A DNA stretch of 64,000 bases, taken from NCBI GenBank assembly GCA_013265495.1, contig MU058824.1:5674976-5738975 (forward strand), written 5' to 3'. The notes below the pieces were generated by a model. That model saw only the letters and a program-made list of their open reading frames with translations, was not told where the DNA came from and searched no databases. This document shows, piece after piece, positions 49,604-62,315 of the stretch (its first letter is position 1; the number at the start of each line of letters is the position of its first letter). A program made the translations under genes and the position numbers. Origin of the DNA: Vicugna vicugna. Its lineage: Eukaryota.

Positions 49604-49754
49604 CTATTCAAAGACCAAGATCTGATTAAAACATAACCTGAAGTTTCATTATGGGAATGATTTGTTCACCTAGAAATGGTTTAAACGGTTTAAGCAGATG
49701 TTCCCAATAGAGTATCAGTTATTCCTGGTGGACTGACATTGCTATGTATGCTTT

Positions 49755-50185
49755 TTCTTCATTCATTTAGCACACTTTAATGTAGACCTTATTGTGACTC
49801 TTGCATGGTGCTAGGCACCAAGAGTGATGCAAGTATGCAATAAAATACATGACATTTAAATGACTATAATATGAGTAGAAATAAAAACTCCGAGTAGTAC
49901 AAAACAACTGAAGCAGGAATTCAGACTAGTGAGAAAGAACTTCTGGCAGGGTCAGTTTGGGACGTGATATTTGCAATAGCAGAAGTGAAGCTGTAAAAGA
50001 GGAAAGATAATAGGCTTAAGCAGACCAAAGAGCAAGAAGAGCATTGTGGCAGAAAAGTAAGATTCACAGAGTATCAGTTACCACTGGGACTAGATGAGGG
50101 AAGGCCTTTGATGCTAGATTTAGATGTGGAAATTAACCTGTATGAGTACACTCATACTCTCAGCAAATTGGAAGCCAGTAAGATT
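49755..50185 (-). mobile_element. L2 fragment
   Basis: ttcattcatttag, tggtgctaggcac, ggcctttgatgc, ttggaagccagt. Confidence 0.55.
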
Positions 50186-50194
50186 TATGAACAT

Positions 50195-50455
50195 GAAGCA
50201 TAATAAGGTAGCTAAGAGCCCTGTCTTCAGAGTAACTGACCTGGTTCCATTCTTAGCCCCACCCTGACCTAGCTTTATGGCCATAGTAATGGTTAGTTAA
50301 TTAACCTCTTTCGGTCTCAATTTCCTCTTTTATAGAAAGTGTAGATAATAATACTAGCCAACCTCATAGAGCAGTTGTTAGAAATGTGTATATATAGCTT
50401 CTACTTAGTACCTGGCCCAAAATAAGCACCCAGTAAATTTAACTTTTATGATGAT
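50195..50455 (+). mobile_element. Near full-length MIR
   Basis: gagtaactgacctggttcca, ttaacctctttcggtctcaatttcctc..ataatatactagccaacctcatag, gtacctggcc..aataagcac. Confidence 0.85.
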
Positions 50456-51214
50456 AAGAAGAGTGATTTAAATTTTCCTTTCAGGAAGATCAGTCTTGAA
50501 GTGACATTATTAAGGACAACAAGGGCTTTTTTAATTTTGTAAAATCTCAATCATTCTAGATGGGTGACTTTTTAAAATTTTTATTTTTCTTAAGATTAAG
50601 TATTTTTTCCTTTGAAAATAAGGAAAAAAGAAGAGATAGGAAACCTAAAGACTTGCTTCACTAAACAAATAGACTAGAAATGAACAAAAATGAAAATAGT
50701 GTCTACACAATGCTAAACATTCAAATAAAAACAATTATTTCTGGTCAGGAAATCAGCTTGGGCATGATCTCACCATCAAACAAGGAAATATTTGAAATGC
50801 AGACAATCTAAACCATGTTTTCAAAATTTTGTTTTGTTTATTTTATTTTAATTTTGATTTTGAATGTTCAATTCCTTGGATGCAGAGCCAGGGAACTGAG
50901 TGAGGAGAATTTGGAATAGGCAGAAAGTGGATTAACCTTTGTGTAATCTCACAGAAGCCACTGTTCTCAGATTCAAAGAAAATTCCTGGTTGGAGTGCAT
51001 GTCACCCTTCCCGAGCTTGGCTCTATTACTCTTTTGTTCGGCCTCTATGTTTGGCAGATCCTGGTGATGGGACCATGCATTTCCCCCATCGCAAGACCAA
51101 TAGCAAAGTGGAGCCTGAAAGTTCCTGTGCCCAAGCTCTCAGCACTTTCTCTCCTGGGAGAAATTTTGGAGTGAGCACATCCTCTCATAACTAAAGCTGT
51201 TATTCATTAAAGCA

Positions 51215-51510
51215 GAGATAAATTGATGGGTTCAGCAGCAGTGGACCAAAGTTGAGCTCTGCTGCAGGATGCTGAAGACCTTGTCAGATGTGTGCAGCCA
51301 GTAGACAGCTGTAAGGCAACCCCTGACCTGAGCGCTCCGCCAGGGTAATTAGTGTTGCAAATGAGTCAAACTCACTGTGGTGTAAGCTGAAATCTAAAAT
51401 AACCCCCTCAATCACTACCCTCCTGTTATAATGATCTTGACCGCTGTTGGAGTGTGCTAAATGCATTCTCAAAGGGTTAACAAAGCAATAACAAAGAGGC
51501 TAACAACTGT
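51215..51510. promoter_or_regulatory. Candidate enhancer (motif cluster in repeat-free DNA)
   Basis: TAATTA, TTGCAAAT, AP-1 TGAGTCA (51362-51368), E-box CAGCTG, two AACAAAG, retained CpGs. Confidence 0.3.
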
Positions 51511-54500
51511 CTCCCCTACGCCCTACTTCCCCACCCCAGATGATTTCCCAAACCCATTTAAAATAGAGATGGATTCCAGTGAGTCTTCTATATACCACAA
51601 CCTGATCTTTGGCTGGATAAGATTACTTTTCAACAATATAAGATGCATAAGTGCCTTTTCATCGTATGAAGAAAGCATGCCCACTGGCAAATGAATCATA
51701 TTATAAAAATTGATTGTATCCCAAAAGGGAAAAATGTTATTGAAGATCCAATGGCCTGGGATGATACACCATTGATCATTGTAAGAAATACTTCCAGAAA
51801 CTGTTTTTAATCTTTCCGCCAGAGCATTAGCAATTATTCTTTAGCCCATGGTGAGTAATGACTTGAGTTTCCCAGCTTCTCAATCGATAAAACATTTACC
51901 CTACCGCTACAAATGTGCTCTTCGCTTAGACAAGCAGAATTTTTCTTCCAATTACTCTTTTTTTAGTGTGACCTCATAAAATATTTTAAAACCTATTTCA
52001 AGGCTTTAAAAAAAAAAAGGCAAAGGAAAGGAACAATACTCTTCCACGTGCTTATATTTTCTCCTGTTCTTTCTTTTGAGAAATAAGTCATGAAGATTTC
52101 CTAGTTATCTGGATAGCTAAGACTGCTTTTTTATCATCTCTTGCAAACTTAAGACATGATATGAGTCCAGCTAACTGCTACATTTCGCGGTTGGCCAATA
52201 ATAAAACACTCCCCCCTTTCCACTTCGCCTGAACAAAGGTTTGAATTCCTTTGAAAACTAACAACAATGAAACAATACTACCAAGGGGGCTGAGCAACTC
52301 CTCCACTTTCTCTGCATGGCTCATAAAACTATAGCACTGGCTAATGGAGAGCAGCCATGAAACACACTATTATTAGGGTAACAAATAGCTGTGCAGAAAA
52401 TTAGAGATAAAGACAAACGTCCAGAAATACCCTCTGACAACTGAGAAGTTAACATACCAGCAAGTTCTCCCTTCCAAAGAATTCATGCTGTATTTCCATT
52501 TGAAATTACTACCGCAACTCACGCAAAGTGTCCACTACTATTTCTTATCACGATTGCTTTCTGTCTAGAACAAAGTCTACTGGGGCATATTTATGAAACT
52601 AAGGTTCTTGCACAAAGGAATTTGCAACTTTTAAAAGAAGACTGATTCTTGCTGGGTTCTTGCATGAAGGTTTGGTTTGTAATCAGACGCTTTTGTCATT
52701 AGGTTTAGAAAATCAAATCCAGCATCAGTAAGGGACATTATTCTTTCTGTGGCTAAGAGTGGCTTTAAACATTGTGTGCTTGAACTGCGTGAACAAAGTA
52801 GAAAGGAGTGAATTTTCATCTGTTGTCACAAGTTTAAGACACTGCTGGTAAGTGGTTGAGAATTCACAGCCTTACTGGATTAAGGAGCCCAGTCGTAGAA
52901 AACCCAAGGTGCTTTTGACTCTAAAGTGGAAAAGGAATTACTGGGATATATACTTCATTGGTATAAATCTGTGAAATGTGAGCAGGAGAGGCAACTGCGG
53001 ACTTTTAAGCTGCTATGCCTTTCATCAGATTTTTTTTTTCATAATGAATAAGTCCTATTTTATAAATCAGGCACAACTGGCTGGAGTAAACATTTATGAA
53101 AATATGTATTACCTAAGTCATCGACATCAGGTCTGTGTTAAAATGATCACTTCAAGCTAATGACAACTCTTGGGTTAAAGAGTCAGGAACGATTGTGTGT
53201 GAAAAATGCCCAGTGTAAATATATATTTCATAAGTTTCCCAACATGTGTTGGATCAAACCTAGGTGCCACTGGGCTTGACTATTTCATGGTAACTCTTCT
53301 AGCTTTCCTGATTCCACTTGTTCATTTATTCAGCAAACATAATACAAGTACCTACAAAGTGTTAGGTGTTTCACTCCACCCCTGGTGACTTGGAACTCAT
53401 CATCCATTAGGTAAGAGAGCGTGTAAAGCACACAGATGACTTATAACATGGTAATCATGCCTGGCACACTAGAACAGACGGAACAGACAAGGTTGTCGGG
53501 AAGACTGCAGGGTGAATATGTTATCTGAACTGAACAAAGGACAATTACGGCTATGGCGTCAAGGGCTAAGGGGCTATAAAGACAAAAGCACACTTTTCTT
53601 GAGGGACTAAAGAGCTGCCTCTGATTAGTCCGTTGTCATCTCGTAGCAGCATCTATTGCTGGGTGTCTGGGGGTGACGCTGGTCTGGACCTCATTCACAA
53701 AAATGTCAGGCTCTAACTTTAGACTTGATTGCTAAATAATGTGATATTTAACAATAGGATTAAACTATTTCCATAAACTTGATAGTTTTTTGTTTTTTGG
53801 GGTTTTTTTGGTTATTGTACCCAGAACCCCAGAAATAGATGTGACTTTATACTTTCTTTGACCAACATTTTCAGGAAATGCCTTTCTAAGCTACGTGGTT
53901 TTATCATTCCCTAGTCACCCCAATATCCTCCTTCCCTACCCAATGTTTCTTCCCTCTTCATTGTTTATACCTGAAGAAATTGTTAAAGAAAAGGCCAGGG
54001 CAAGGAAACAGTGCATTGACAGCTAATTAGGAGGGTTTGTTTGTTTGAATTGGGAAAGTTCTCCTCAATGGACAGTGGTGAAGATCAAGTGGGAGTGGTG
54101 CCCTTGAAGCATTCTGCACTCCATACAGCATCACTCAGACATAAGGGATCATTGTATTGTTACAAACATTTTGAAGAAAGTGAAAGCCCAGGTTGGGGAT
54201 GTACTTCCCCCAAAGGCTTGCTTGCTATCGTATAGACACAATCTTTACTCGTTACACTAAGTCAGCACCCTGTGCTGTGACTTTTCTTGCATCTCCTAGG
54301 AATGCCATATTTTAAAACTACTATTATACCATGTCATGTAGCTGCAGACCCCTGGCTGCCTCCCTTTCTCTACCTGGAAGGTTAATCAAATGTAAGCATT
54401 TCCTGATTCTGTAGCAGACATCCTGGGGGCACACAATTTGGGATTAGTGACTGACCCTGCTGTTCATTCTGACAGCACACACTCCAGAGTGCATTCTCCT

Positions 54501-55651
54501 TTTAATAAGCAGAGCCAGTAGGAGAAAAGGCAAGAGTCATTAACTAAAAGTTCTCTGAGGACTGAAACACGGCAGCCTTTGCTTCTAAGAAGCTCTTCTG
54601 AAAGGAAATCTTTTGTCCCCAGCAACCACGTAACTGCATCTTTAAGGATTTCATGATAATTTGTCCTGACCTTTAGCAAAACGCAATCTTATACGGTGAT
54701 TGGTCATTTATTTTTTTGGTCGCTTACCTGTTATTTTATTTCTGGCACTGTGGAAGAGAATGAGCTAAGGAGAGTAAGAAAGCCTTATGGAATAAGCTTG
54801 TTTATGGAGTACCATGACATAGTCACAATGTGAAGGATTAAGCATAATAGCCTAGCAGGCAGTTGTCAGTGATTCATGTTTGGAACCTTCCTCGTTGAGC
54901 TTCAGGTGCAACTGAAAAGCATTCCTGTGAGAGTTCTTTTCACTTCCTTTTATTCCATTCCCTGCTTTCTTGCCCAGTGCCAGAAGTCACTATTTCCCCA
55001 CTTTCTTATAATCTTGGGTTCTGGGTTGCTTAATCATACTGTGGAAATGACAGTGTTTGGGTACTAGGTTGAGTGACTGGAGTTTGTTTTTTTAAAGCTT
55101 CTTGCTACTCAAGTGGTCTCACTCCATAGCTATAAAGGCATATTTTCCTACACTTTTTTGGCAGGTTGATTTTAATTCATCAGAGTGATTAATTTTATCA
55201 CAAGACATTAATGTGGGCATTTTTAAAATGAACAGTGTGACCTAAAGAAAATACTATCAAAGATTCAGTTTAGTCATGGGCAATAGATAGAGGTATAGAA
55301 AAATTCTGATCTCAGGCGTAGGTGGCTGGGATACAGAAAGCAGGGCTGCCATGTAAGTTTGTGTAGTTTGTGGACTGAGCAACTTCAGGGCTTCCTTTGC
55401 ATTTGAACACTGTACCGCCTGCCCAGATGTACAAGGTATCCTTAAGTAGTGAGCCTGCACTCCTGTTTGGTGGGAAAAGAAGCACATAAAATAAACCCTT
55501 TAACTACCTTCTTTACATGTTTTTCATGGTCTTTCAGTCATATGGCCTTGGTCTAACATCTTCTCATCAGAATGTAAAGACTACCATGATAACATATGAC
55601 ACAGAGAAATAATTAGAAAAGTGTCATTTTGAAGAATGTGCTTTGAGATAG

Positions 55652-56129
55652 TGTGTTTGGCAGAATCTCCAAAGGTGTTTATACCCTAATCCTTGGAAAC
55701 TCTGAATATGTTGTTTCACATGGAAAGGGTGATGAAGTTAAGGACTTTGAGATGGGAAGATTTAGCTGGATTATCTAGGTCTGGGTGGGCTTAATTTAAC
55801 AATATGGATCATTAAAAGCAGGATTGTGGTCCCAGTTGTGGTCAGAGATGTGTGATGACAGTAGAAGAGTCAAAGAGACACAATATTGCTGACTTTGAAG
55901 ATGGAGCAAAGGCCCTTGACCGAAAGAATGCAGGCAGCCTCCAGGAGGTGGAAAAGGCAAGAAAATAGTTTCCCCTAGGACCTCCAGAAAAGAATTCAGC
56001 CCTACTGATGTCTTGTTTTAGCTCAGTGAGGCCTCTTGTTAGACTCCCAACCAAAAGACAATAAAATGTGTTGTTTTAAGTCACTAGTTTTGTGGCAGCT
56101 TATCACAGCAGCAATAGGAAGCTGGTACA
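55652..56129 (+). mobile_element. MLT1D-like solo LTR
   Basis: tgtg..ggcagaa..ctttgagatggga..ggattatc..gactttgaagatgga..agcagcaataggaagctggtaCA; TSD gatag/aatag. Confidence 0.9.
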
Positions 56130-56247
56130 AATAGCTACCCTCCCTCTTATTCTGCCCTCTAATCCCTCTCCCAGTCCTCTCCCATGTGCTTCTGCCAATG
56201 ACTGATGTCATTTATTTGTCTGGAACAAGAAAGAGAATGGTTTAGAA

Positions 56248-56409
56248 GAGGGGTCAATAAACTCTAGGGGCCAGAGTAAATTCTGCCATTGTATCTGGAA
56301 AGCAGCCCGAGACGTTATGTAAATAAATGGGGTAGCTGTGTTCCAATAAAACTTTATTTACAAACACAAGAAGTTTACCAAGGGGCAGGAAATAGTTTGA
56401 CAACCCCTG
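56248..56409. mobile_element. MER58A-like hAT-Charlie MITE
   Basis: gaggggtcaataaact ... ctgtgttccaataaaactttatttac ... agtttgacaacccctg; TSD gtttagaa/gtttagag. Confidence 0.85.
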
Positions 56410-56417
56410 GTTTAGAG

Positions 56418-56589
56418 GCTTGCTACTCAAAATGTGGCCCGCAGACCAGCAGCATCCCCTGGGAGATTGTTAGGAATGCAGAATCTCAGGCCCCTTGCCA
56501 GACCTACTGAATCAGAATCAGAATCAGAATCTGTGTTTTAACAAGATCTCCATGAGTTTCATATGCACATTCAAGCTTAAGAAGCATGG
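56418..56589. mobile_element. MER5A hAT-Charlie MITE
   Basis: gaccagcagcatc..tgttaggaatgcagaatctcaggcccc..cagacctactgaatcagaa. Confidence 0.88.
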
Positions 56590-56714
56590 CTTTAGAAGAT
56601 CTAGCATTCTAGGGATGAAGCAGAATTATCAGACCCAGTATTATTATTAACATCCTGTTTCCAGCTGCAGAGCACCACTGGGGTAAAGAAGGCAGATGCA
56701 AGATTTTAAAGAAA

Positions 56715-56920
56715 TAATATGAGCATTTGTCACGCATCTACTATGTGTGGGGTGCTTTCAGATGTTATTCTGTTTAATCCTCATAATAACTCTTCATGTC
56801 ATTTCCCCCAGTTATAGATGAGAAAACTGAAGCTTTCCCAGGGTCTCTAATGAATGAAAGCACAGATTCAATGCTCAGTTGCTTGGACTCTAAAACTCAA
56901 GTTTTTTCTACCACACCATA
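56715..56920 (-). mobile_element. MIR SINE
   Basis: tttaatcctcataataac..atagatgagaaaactgaagct. Confidence 0.75.
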
Positions 56921-57929
56921 CTGAAGTGTCTGTTTTCCAGACCTAGCTTAATACCTGCAACATACGTATTTTTGGCTTTAAATGTTCCTAAAATATGTGA
57001 GATCTAGCCAAATATGACCTCACTGGAACTTTGGATGTGTATCATCCTATGTTTATAAAAAAAACTTTCAAGATAGTATACATTTTTTCAGCCGTTCTCA
57101 TCATGAACTGAAAGACTCCTGGGTGACCTTCTGTTGGACAGACAACCACTTAATTATCAGCAAAGAAGGAGCTCTTGTGGCCTATGATTTTGAGGCTAAC
57201 TATAATAGGTGTTGTTTTTGATTTATAAAACATTCCCGTAGCTGAACTTCTGGGCTCAGTTACCAAATGGATATGCAGTTAATTAATTCTCAGCCACTTC
57301 AGTCTCAGCTCTGCACCTCTCCAGCCAGCCTCTTCACATCCATCAAAGGGCTGTCTGATGGAACAGATGGCCTTAGCACAGGGCCCTGAAGGACAGCTTT
57401 GGGGAGAAGGAGGGGGGAGGGATTTCTAAACCACACACTTCCCATGGAAACACTAGAAACAATATGTTCTTCAGATCTAAATTTCATAAATACAGAGACT
57501 ACTGGTCCTTCTAAGATGCAGAAACAATACTCAAAAGCTGATACCAAGTGTGCCCAGGATATAGAAACAAGTTATGCTCAAGCAGAAAAATGAAAGTCAG
57601 GTTTGAGTTTTTATGAGGACTATAAAGACTCGATTCTTACATAAAATGAAGGACTTTTGCAGCTTTCACTGCCCTACAGAAGGACTCTTTCCTTTCTGGC
57701 TGATGCTGCAAGTTGGAAAATCTTATCTGGCCTGCAATGCAGTTTCCACTTCCAGCAAATGGGATTCTGTTATAACAGCAAGTTAAAGAAGACTCACTCC
57801 TGCTCCAGGGTGGGCAGGATTCTGCCCACTCACTGTCATTAATGTCTCCTCTGGTCACCCAACCTTCAGTAACTGGAAGACTTTCAGAACCGGACCACCT
57901 CAAGCTCCTTGCTCTGGCCTCTCTTTCCT

Positions 57930-58068
57930 AGATTCAGGGGGCGCCTTCCACCTTGCCAAAGCAAGCTGGAGCTTCTTCATTTGGCAGATTGCTACTTCTG
58001 TTAAAGAGCAAGCTCACTGAGGACCAGGATGTTGGAACGCAAATTCTGGTCTCTAGATGGCAGTGTCG
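57930..58068 (+). promoter_or_regulatory. Two co-oriented CTCF-like motifs
   Basis: cagggggcgc (57935-57944) and ctctagatggcagt (58051-58064). Confidence 0.4.
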
Positions 58069-58808
58069 CCCTGCTAAATTTGGGTGAATTGCGGAAGCCA
58101 CAGTTAAAAATTAAACCTGACTAAGGAAAATCTATAGAAAGGGCATAACAAGATTCAGATGTTAATTTCTGGCTGATAGCAAATAAATGCTTGGGTCTGA
58201 GCACCAGGTTGAAAAAAACATGTCTATGAACATGCTAAAAACGCTGTTTGGCAGTCCTGATTTGATGGCAAATTTCAAACGTGATAATTGTGGGCAGTTC
58301 CACCATGGAAAGAGGAGCTTAAGTATAGAGAAATGTCTGAAATATTGTTCTACACCAGAAAGACAAGAACCTGGCCATCACCAAATTACTAAGACCTCTT
58401 TAAACATTGCCTATTTATATAGAAATCATTTAGTCAATCAAATCTGGGTGGGATAACTAGTTTGATAAAGAACTTTCTCAATTTCTTGAAAAAAATTTTT
58501 AGCAAGAAGGAATGGCTCTTGGCATTAGGTATAAATAAGACTTTTGATTGATTCACTTTTCAAATAGTCGTACTAGCCTTGTGTAAATGGAGCTGATGAA
58601 TTCGGTATTGAGTTTGATTTGGGGTTTAGTTGAGGATTCCTGAATTTTGATCTGGAAGAGGCCTTAGGGGTCATTTATATTCAATCTTCTTACTGTACAG
58701 ACAACAGAGCTAAGACTTAGATACCATCCACGGCCAGAGATGTGGGGTTGAACTGGCTTTCAAGTGACTCCAAATAGAGATTTGGACTTGGGACAGAATC
58801 TGGTCTTA

Positions 58809-59663
58809 TGCTCAAGATCACTAATTATTAGAGAAATGCAAATCAAAACTACAATGAGGTATCATCTCACACCAGTTAGAATGGCCATCATCAGAAAGTG
58901 TACAAATAAATAAATACTGGAGAGGAAGTGCAGAAAAAGGAACCCTCCTACACTGTTGATGGGAATGTAGTTTGGTGCAGCCACTATGGAGAACAGTATG
59001 GAGGCTCTTAAAAAAAACTAAAAACAGAGTTACCATATGATCCAGCAATCACATACCTGGACATGTATCTGGAGAAAACTGTAATTTGAAAAGATTCATG
59101 TACCCCAATGTTCACAGAAGCACTATTTACAATAGTCAAGACACGGAAGCAACCTAAATGTCCATCAACAGACAACTAGATAAAGAAGATGTGGTATATG
59201 TACACAATGGAATACTACTCAGCCATAAAAAGGAACGAAATAATGCCATTTGCAGTAACATGGATGGACATAGAGATTATCATACTAAGTGAAGTAAGTC
59301 GGACAGAGAAAGAAAATACATGATATTGCTTATATGTGAAATCTACAAAAATGATGCAAATGAACTTACAGAAAGAGATTACAGAGACATGGAAAACAAA
59401 CTTATGGTTACCAAAGGGTAAATTAGTGGGGAGGGATAAATTAGGAGTTTGCGATTTACAGAAACACACTAGTATATATAAAACAGATAATTACCAAGGA
59501 CCTACTGCATAGTACAGGGAACTATATTTAATATCTTATAATAACCTATAATGGAAAATAATCTGAAAAAGAATAGATATACATGCATAATTGAATCACT
59601 TTGGTGTGCACCAGAAACTAACACAACATTGTAAATCAACTATACTTCAATAAAAAAAAAAAA
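58809..59663 (+). mobile_element. 5'-truncated L1 (ORF2 C-terminus + 3' UTR + poly-A) with TSD
   Basis: gaaatgcaaatcaaaactacaatgaggtatcatctcacaccag ([13 protein letters not shown]); TSD agaatctggtctta at 58795-58808 and 59664-59677. Confidence 0.93.
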
Positions 59664-59879
59664 AGAATCTGGTCTTACGTGCTCAGTTTATTTCTAGTCA
59701 TATGTAAATACTATGTGTCAAAAACATCTCTCTATTGAGTGTAAGTTGTAATAATGTATCCAAACACTATTTTCATTGATTCTATTCATTTAAAATATGC
59801 TTTTGAGATTTTAAAAATATAGATGTTAGTAAGTGTTCTGTGTGTGTAAGAACTCTGACAGGAAACGTGCAGTTCTCTA

Positions 59880-60090
59880 GAAAAGGCAGTGGAACAAGAA
59901 GACTGGACTACATCAGATAATTATAATAATGTGCAATGCTGGATCAGTTCTCCTTGTCTCAGTATTATCATCTGTAAAATGGTAATAAGGTCATCACTGC
60001 CTAATATATCTGATGTTTGGAGGATCAAATCACATGAGATATGAGGGAGGAAATACACTTTGTAGAGAGCTGTACAAACAAGGAGTATAG
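59880..60090 (+). mobile_element. MIR SINE
   Basis: tctcagtattatcatctgtaaaatgg..gaggatcaaat. Confidence 0.65.
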
Positions 60091-60174
60091 TTATTGACAT
60101 CCAAAGTAAGATTTTTGAACCACAAAAATATCATGGTAAAAAATATAGACTCTTTTTCTTTATAAAACTTAGCT

Positions 60175-60465
60175 ACATCAAAGAAGCAGACACAGAAGGT
60201 CATATATTATATTATTCCATTTATATGAAATCTCCAGAATAGGCAAATTTGTAGAGACTGAAAACAGAGTGGCAGTTGCCAGGGGCTGGGAAAGGAAGGG
60301 AGATAGGAAATGACTACTTAATGGGAAAAAACTTTCTTTTTGGGGTGAGGAAAATGTTTGAGAGCTAAATAAAGATGGTGGTTACTCAATGCTGTGAATG
60401 TACTAAATGCCGGTGAATTTTTCACTTTAAAATGGTTAATTTTATGTCACGTAAAGAAAAAAAAA
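60175..60465 (+). mobile_element. L1MB 3' end
   Basis: attccatttatatgaaatctccagaataggcaaat..gttgccaggggctggg..cactttaaaatggttaattttatg, A-tail. Confidence 0.88.
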
Positions 60466-61319
60466 GATTTGGGTGTGTTTGCAGGGTTGAGGGTAGAGAG
60501 AGGGGCCTAGATCAGGCGTGTATGTCCAGATGATTTAGTAAGTGAAATCTCAGACTAATAAGCTCCTTCAAAAACGCATGTTTGTGAAGTTTAATTTCAG
60601 TTGCTGTTAGTGTTTGACTATCTCCATGAAACTAAGCCCACAAATTCTGTCCACAGTCCACACCATGTCATTGGGTAATTTCCAATGATAACATGTCCAG
60701 TGAACTCCACAGATGTTTAGACAAGTGCCCTTTGACCCCTTGGGTCCTCTGATCCTACTAAGTTGTTGTTATAAGAGCAAAACAGGAGATTTGGGGAGGA
60801 AAGCATGGTTTCATTAGTTCTCTTTGGGCCACTCAACAATTTACCACTGCTAGAAATTACTCTTTCGCTTGAAGTGATTTCAGATGCTGACATTTTTTTC
60901 CCACAGTTAGCAAATCTTGACTTTTGTGTGTTTAACTTTCCTCAGCAGACCTCTTCTCTGAGCTTCAAAGAGAATTGCTGTTTCATGGTATCAATTTTCT
61001 CACTGTAGGACATTGCCTTCTGATCTTTGCAAGGGCCCTGCTTCTATTGCAAACCTATGAGGTATTTTCAAAGGCTGTCAATATATCAAGAGGATTTTTT
61101 TTGCCTTCATTTGCACTACAAATATTAAGAAGTGATTAGTCAAGTTATCAACATGCTTCTATTTTTCTATGCTTGATGGGGTATTATATACATGATTTGT
61201 AGTGCAAAATTTCAAAGAATGACTTATCTGATATTTTTCATGAATCATCTGTTAGTCTGGGGAAAAATTAAGCTAAATAAAAACAAAAAACCCACAATCT
61301 AGTTCATATTAGATATCAC

Positions 61320-61850
61320 AGAATTAGAGAATGTGAACAGTAAAACAGACTTTTCTATGTATTCGTCCAACTAATAGCATGACATTTGAATATAACTCAA
61401 CAAGTTCCCATTAGATTGTGGTCTGCCTTAAGCTTCATGAGGAGTATTTGAACATTAGAAAATCCTTCCCTAAACTGAGCCAAATTTTATCAGCTTGCAA
61501 CTTCTATTACCTGGTCTTGAGTGTATCACCAGGAAACATTACATTCAGAGTTCAGAGTAAGTCAAAGCTGTCTTCCATATGATGGATTTTAAATCATAAG
61601 CAGCAGCTAAATAGTTTTCTTTTTATTTTAGGCTAAACATACACAGTTCTTTCAATTGACTCTTATCTGCAAAGCTTGAAATTCCAGTGTTGTCATTATC
61701 CTCTCTATAGACTTATGTTCACTCATGACTCTAAAATAGTATAATTTGGTACCCAGAACCAAGTACAATATATCAGGTATCTAAAGCATGCATAGGAGAG
61801 ACTGGAATCATGAAGATCTTTCTAAACAATAGGCATTTATGAATGAACCA
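61320..61850 (-). mobile_element. CR1/L3 LINE 3' remnant
   Basis: ttagaaaatccttccc..tgagccaaat..tgcaacttc and acccagaaccaagtacaatatatcagg resemble antisense L3. Confidence 0.55.
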
Positions 61851-62099
61851 AGTGAACATTAAATATTTAATATAATTGTGTCTCAATTGTTGTATTGGTT
61901 ATGGGGGGAATTTTAATTATAGAATGTAACTAGCAAGGTTGAAGTTGAAGAGATTTAGAGATATTTTAACAATAAAAATCCACAACTGAAAAGAATTTTC
62001 GGAGAGAGAACAAGAGAATTTACATTAACTGTATCCATGCAGTGAACCTGCCAATGTGGTTGGTATTATGTAATTATTTTGTTTAAGATTTACTTGTCC

Positions 62100-62315
62100 C
62101 TCACACTTGAGCTCAGAGAGCACCTCCTCTGCAAAGCCTTCTCTGATTCCTCCTTTCTATGTTTTCATAATATCTTTTACAGACCTTTTGGGGGACTGAT
62201 CACCTCACATATAATTAATGTTTACCTGCCCACTTTCCCCACCTGATTGCAAGCTTCTTTACAGCACCTGGTGTCTAACTTGACTCTCCTGTGTGCTGAA
62301 TGAATTAATGAATGT
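62100..62315 (+). mobile_element. L2 3' end
   Basis: cacctcctctgcaaagccttctctga, tgaatgaattaatgaatg. Confidence 0.65.
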
